From NCBI GenBank assembly GCA_051362555.1, contig CM120649.1:8370001-8434000 (forward strand): a stretch of DNA of 64,000 bases, in the 5' to 3' direction. The DNA is from Lingula anatina (taxonomy: Eukaryota; Animalia; Brachiopoda). Both the position numbers and the translations under genes were made by a program. Below are positions 63,090 through 64,000 of this stretch, piece after piece; the first letter of the stretch is position 1; the number at the start of each line of letters is the position of its first letter. The notes under the pieces were generated by a model. It made no database searches and had not been told where the DNA came from. It saw nothing but the letters and a program-made list of their open reading frames with translations.

Positions 63090-63250
63090 CAGGGGCGGAT
63101 TGAGACCGTCTTCTGGATCTTTCGGAAAACGGTCAGATTTTCAAGTTTACATTGACATGTATCCATTTTTAAGTCCCTTTTTTAAATGGAAGATGGATAA
63201 ACAAAGATAGTTTGGAAGACTGTCAGAAAATATCTCTAGATCCGCCCTTG
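63090..63250 (+). mobile_element. MITE family A copy 4
   Basis: cttat|caggggcggat...agatccgcccttg|cttat. Confidence 0.8.
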
Positions 63251-63823
63251 CTTATAAGTCAAACTGCCGCCGCCCACTGCCATCGTCCGCCAATCAAAGT
63301 AAACTGCCGGAGAACTGGCTACCAGTAGATATGATATATTTCTCACACATTATCATTTTAAATATTTAGATGTGAGCAATATATACCAGTAAGTAAGTAT
63401 ATATTGCTCACATGTAATCTTTTCAAATATCTAAATCTTTTTAAATTTATGACAATAATGCTCATCAATTACAAAGCTCGGTTACACCAGTACTACGGCA
63501 ACATTTGCCTATTTTATCTTTTATTTGCACTGTGTAAAAACGACACATCTTAAGAATGCATTTTGTTTTTAATTTTAGCACTTTTTGATAGTTTATGTAC
63601 ATCAACGCATTTCCCCTGAATGGAGCCACAAAGAATAAATGACACATACCTATTATAGGTTTGATATTCTAATAAAGTTCCACGATGGGAATTCAAAACC
63701 TTTACCTAGAACAAAAACATTGGAGATATAGTCAAGAAATTTCTTGATGCTATAGATAGGTGTTTACGCTCGGGGCTTCATGTAAAAACTACTTTGAAAA
63801 AAGGCAAAGGTGAACTAAGACGT

Positions 63824-64000
63824 TCAAAATTTAAGATCGGTGGGTACTTGACACCCCTTAAATCTTTTCTGTCCAGGCGGAAAGAACCAGGCGAAAAGAC
63901 TCTTTTTCGTATACACTTGAGATTTTGTGGGCGTCTCGTGCATTTTCTTACAGAAATCACACCATTTGACATAGGGTCCATCCATGCGCCTGGTAGTCAT
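63824..64000 (-). CDS. Probable 3' end of an alpha-1,3/4-fucosyltransferase (GT10)-like gene entering from the right edge
   Basis: Frame not shown in the ORF track: ..TTRRMDGPYVKWCDFCKKMHETPTKSQVYTKKSLFAWFFPPGQKRFKGCQVPTDLKF*; the WCxxCxxxH...Y...W...C pattern resembles GT10 C-termini. Only 58 aa visible. Confidence 0.45.
   Translation of the reverse strand: MTTRRMDGPYVKWCDFCKKMHETPTKSQVYTKKSLFAWFFPPGQKRFKGCQVPTDLKF

Noticed and set aside
63778-63981. ORF ending SSPLPFFKVVF, reminiscent of a piggyBac transposase N-terminus
   Set aside because: No downstream transposase sequence; an overlapping frame gives a better GT10-like match.

Overview
AT-rich, intron-containing invertebrate animal genomic DNA (microsatellites, MITEs, LINE remnants), so most short ORFs in the track are noise; real genes were rebuilt by hand from splice sites. 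Genes: (1) the 5' part of a type II membrane DxD glycosyltransferase-like gene (-, runs off the left edge); (2) a DHRS11-like short-chain dehydrogenase (+) whose third intron holds an intact two-gene PIF/Harbinger-group (Pangu-like) DNA transposon with AAT TSD; (3) a 7-exon, 292-aa secreted protein with the unusual architecture signal peptide-[Sushi/CCP + anaphylatoxin-like]x2 (-), the most interesting feature; (4) an LRP-like YWTD propeller/EGF/mucin-stalk/TM receptor (-) plus an orphan frameshifted copy of its TM exon; (5) a GT7 beta-1,4-Gal/GalNAc transferase (-) with an apparent 1-nt frameshift; (6) a probable GT10 fucosyltransferase 3' end at the right edge. Mobile DNA includes a complete BEL/Pao LTR retrotransposon with apparently identical 460-bp LTRs, a solo LTR, several LINE fragments and many MITE families. 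Coordinates were counted by eye and may be off by a few bases.
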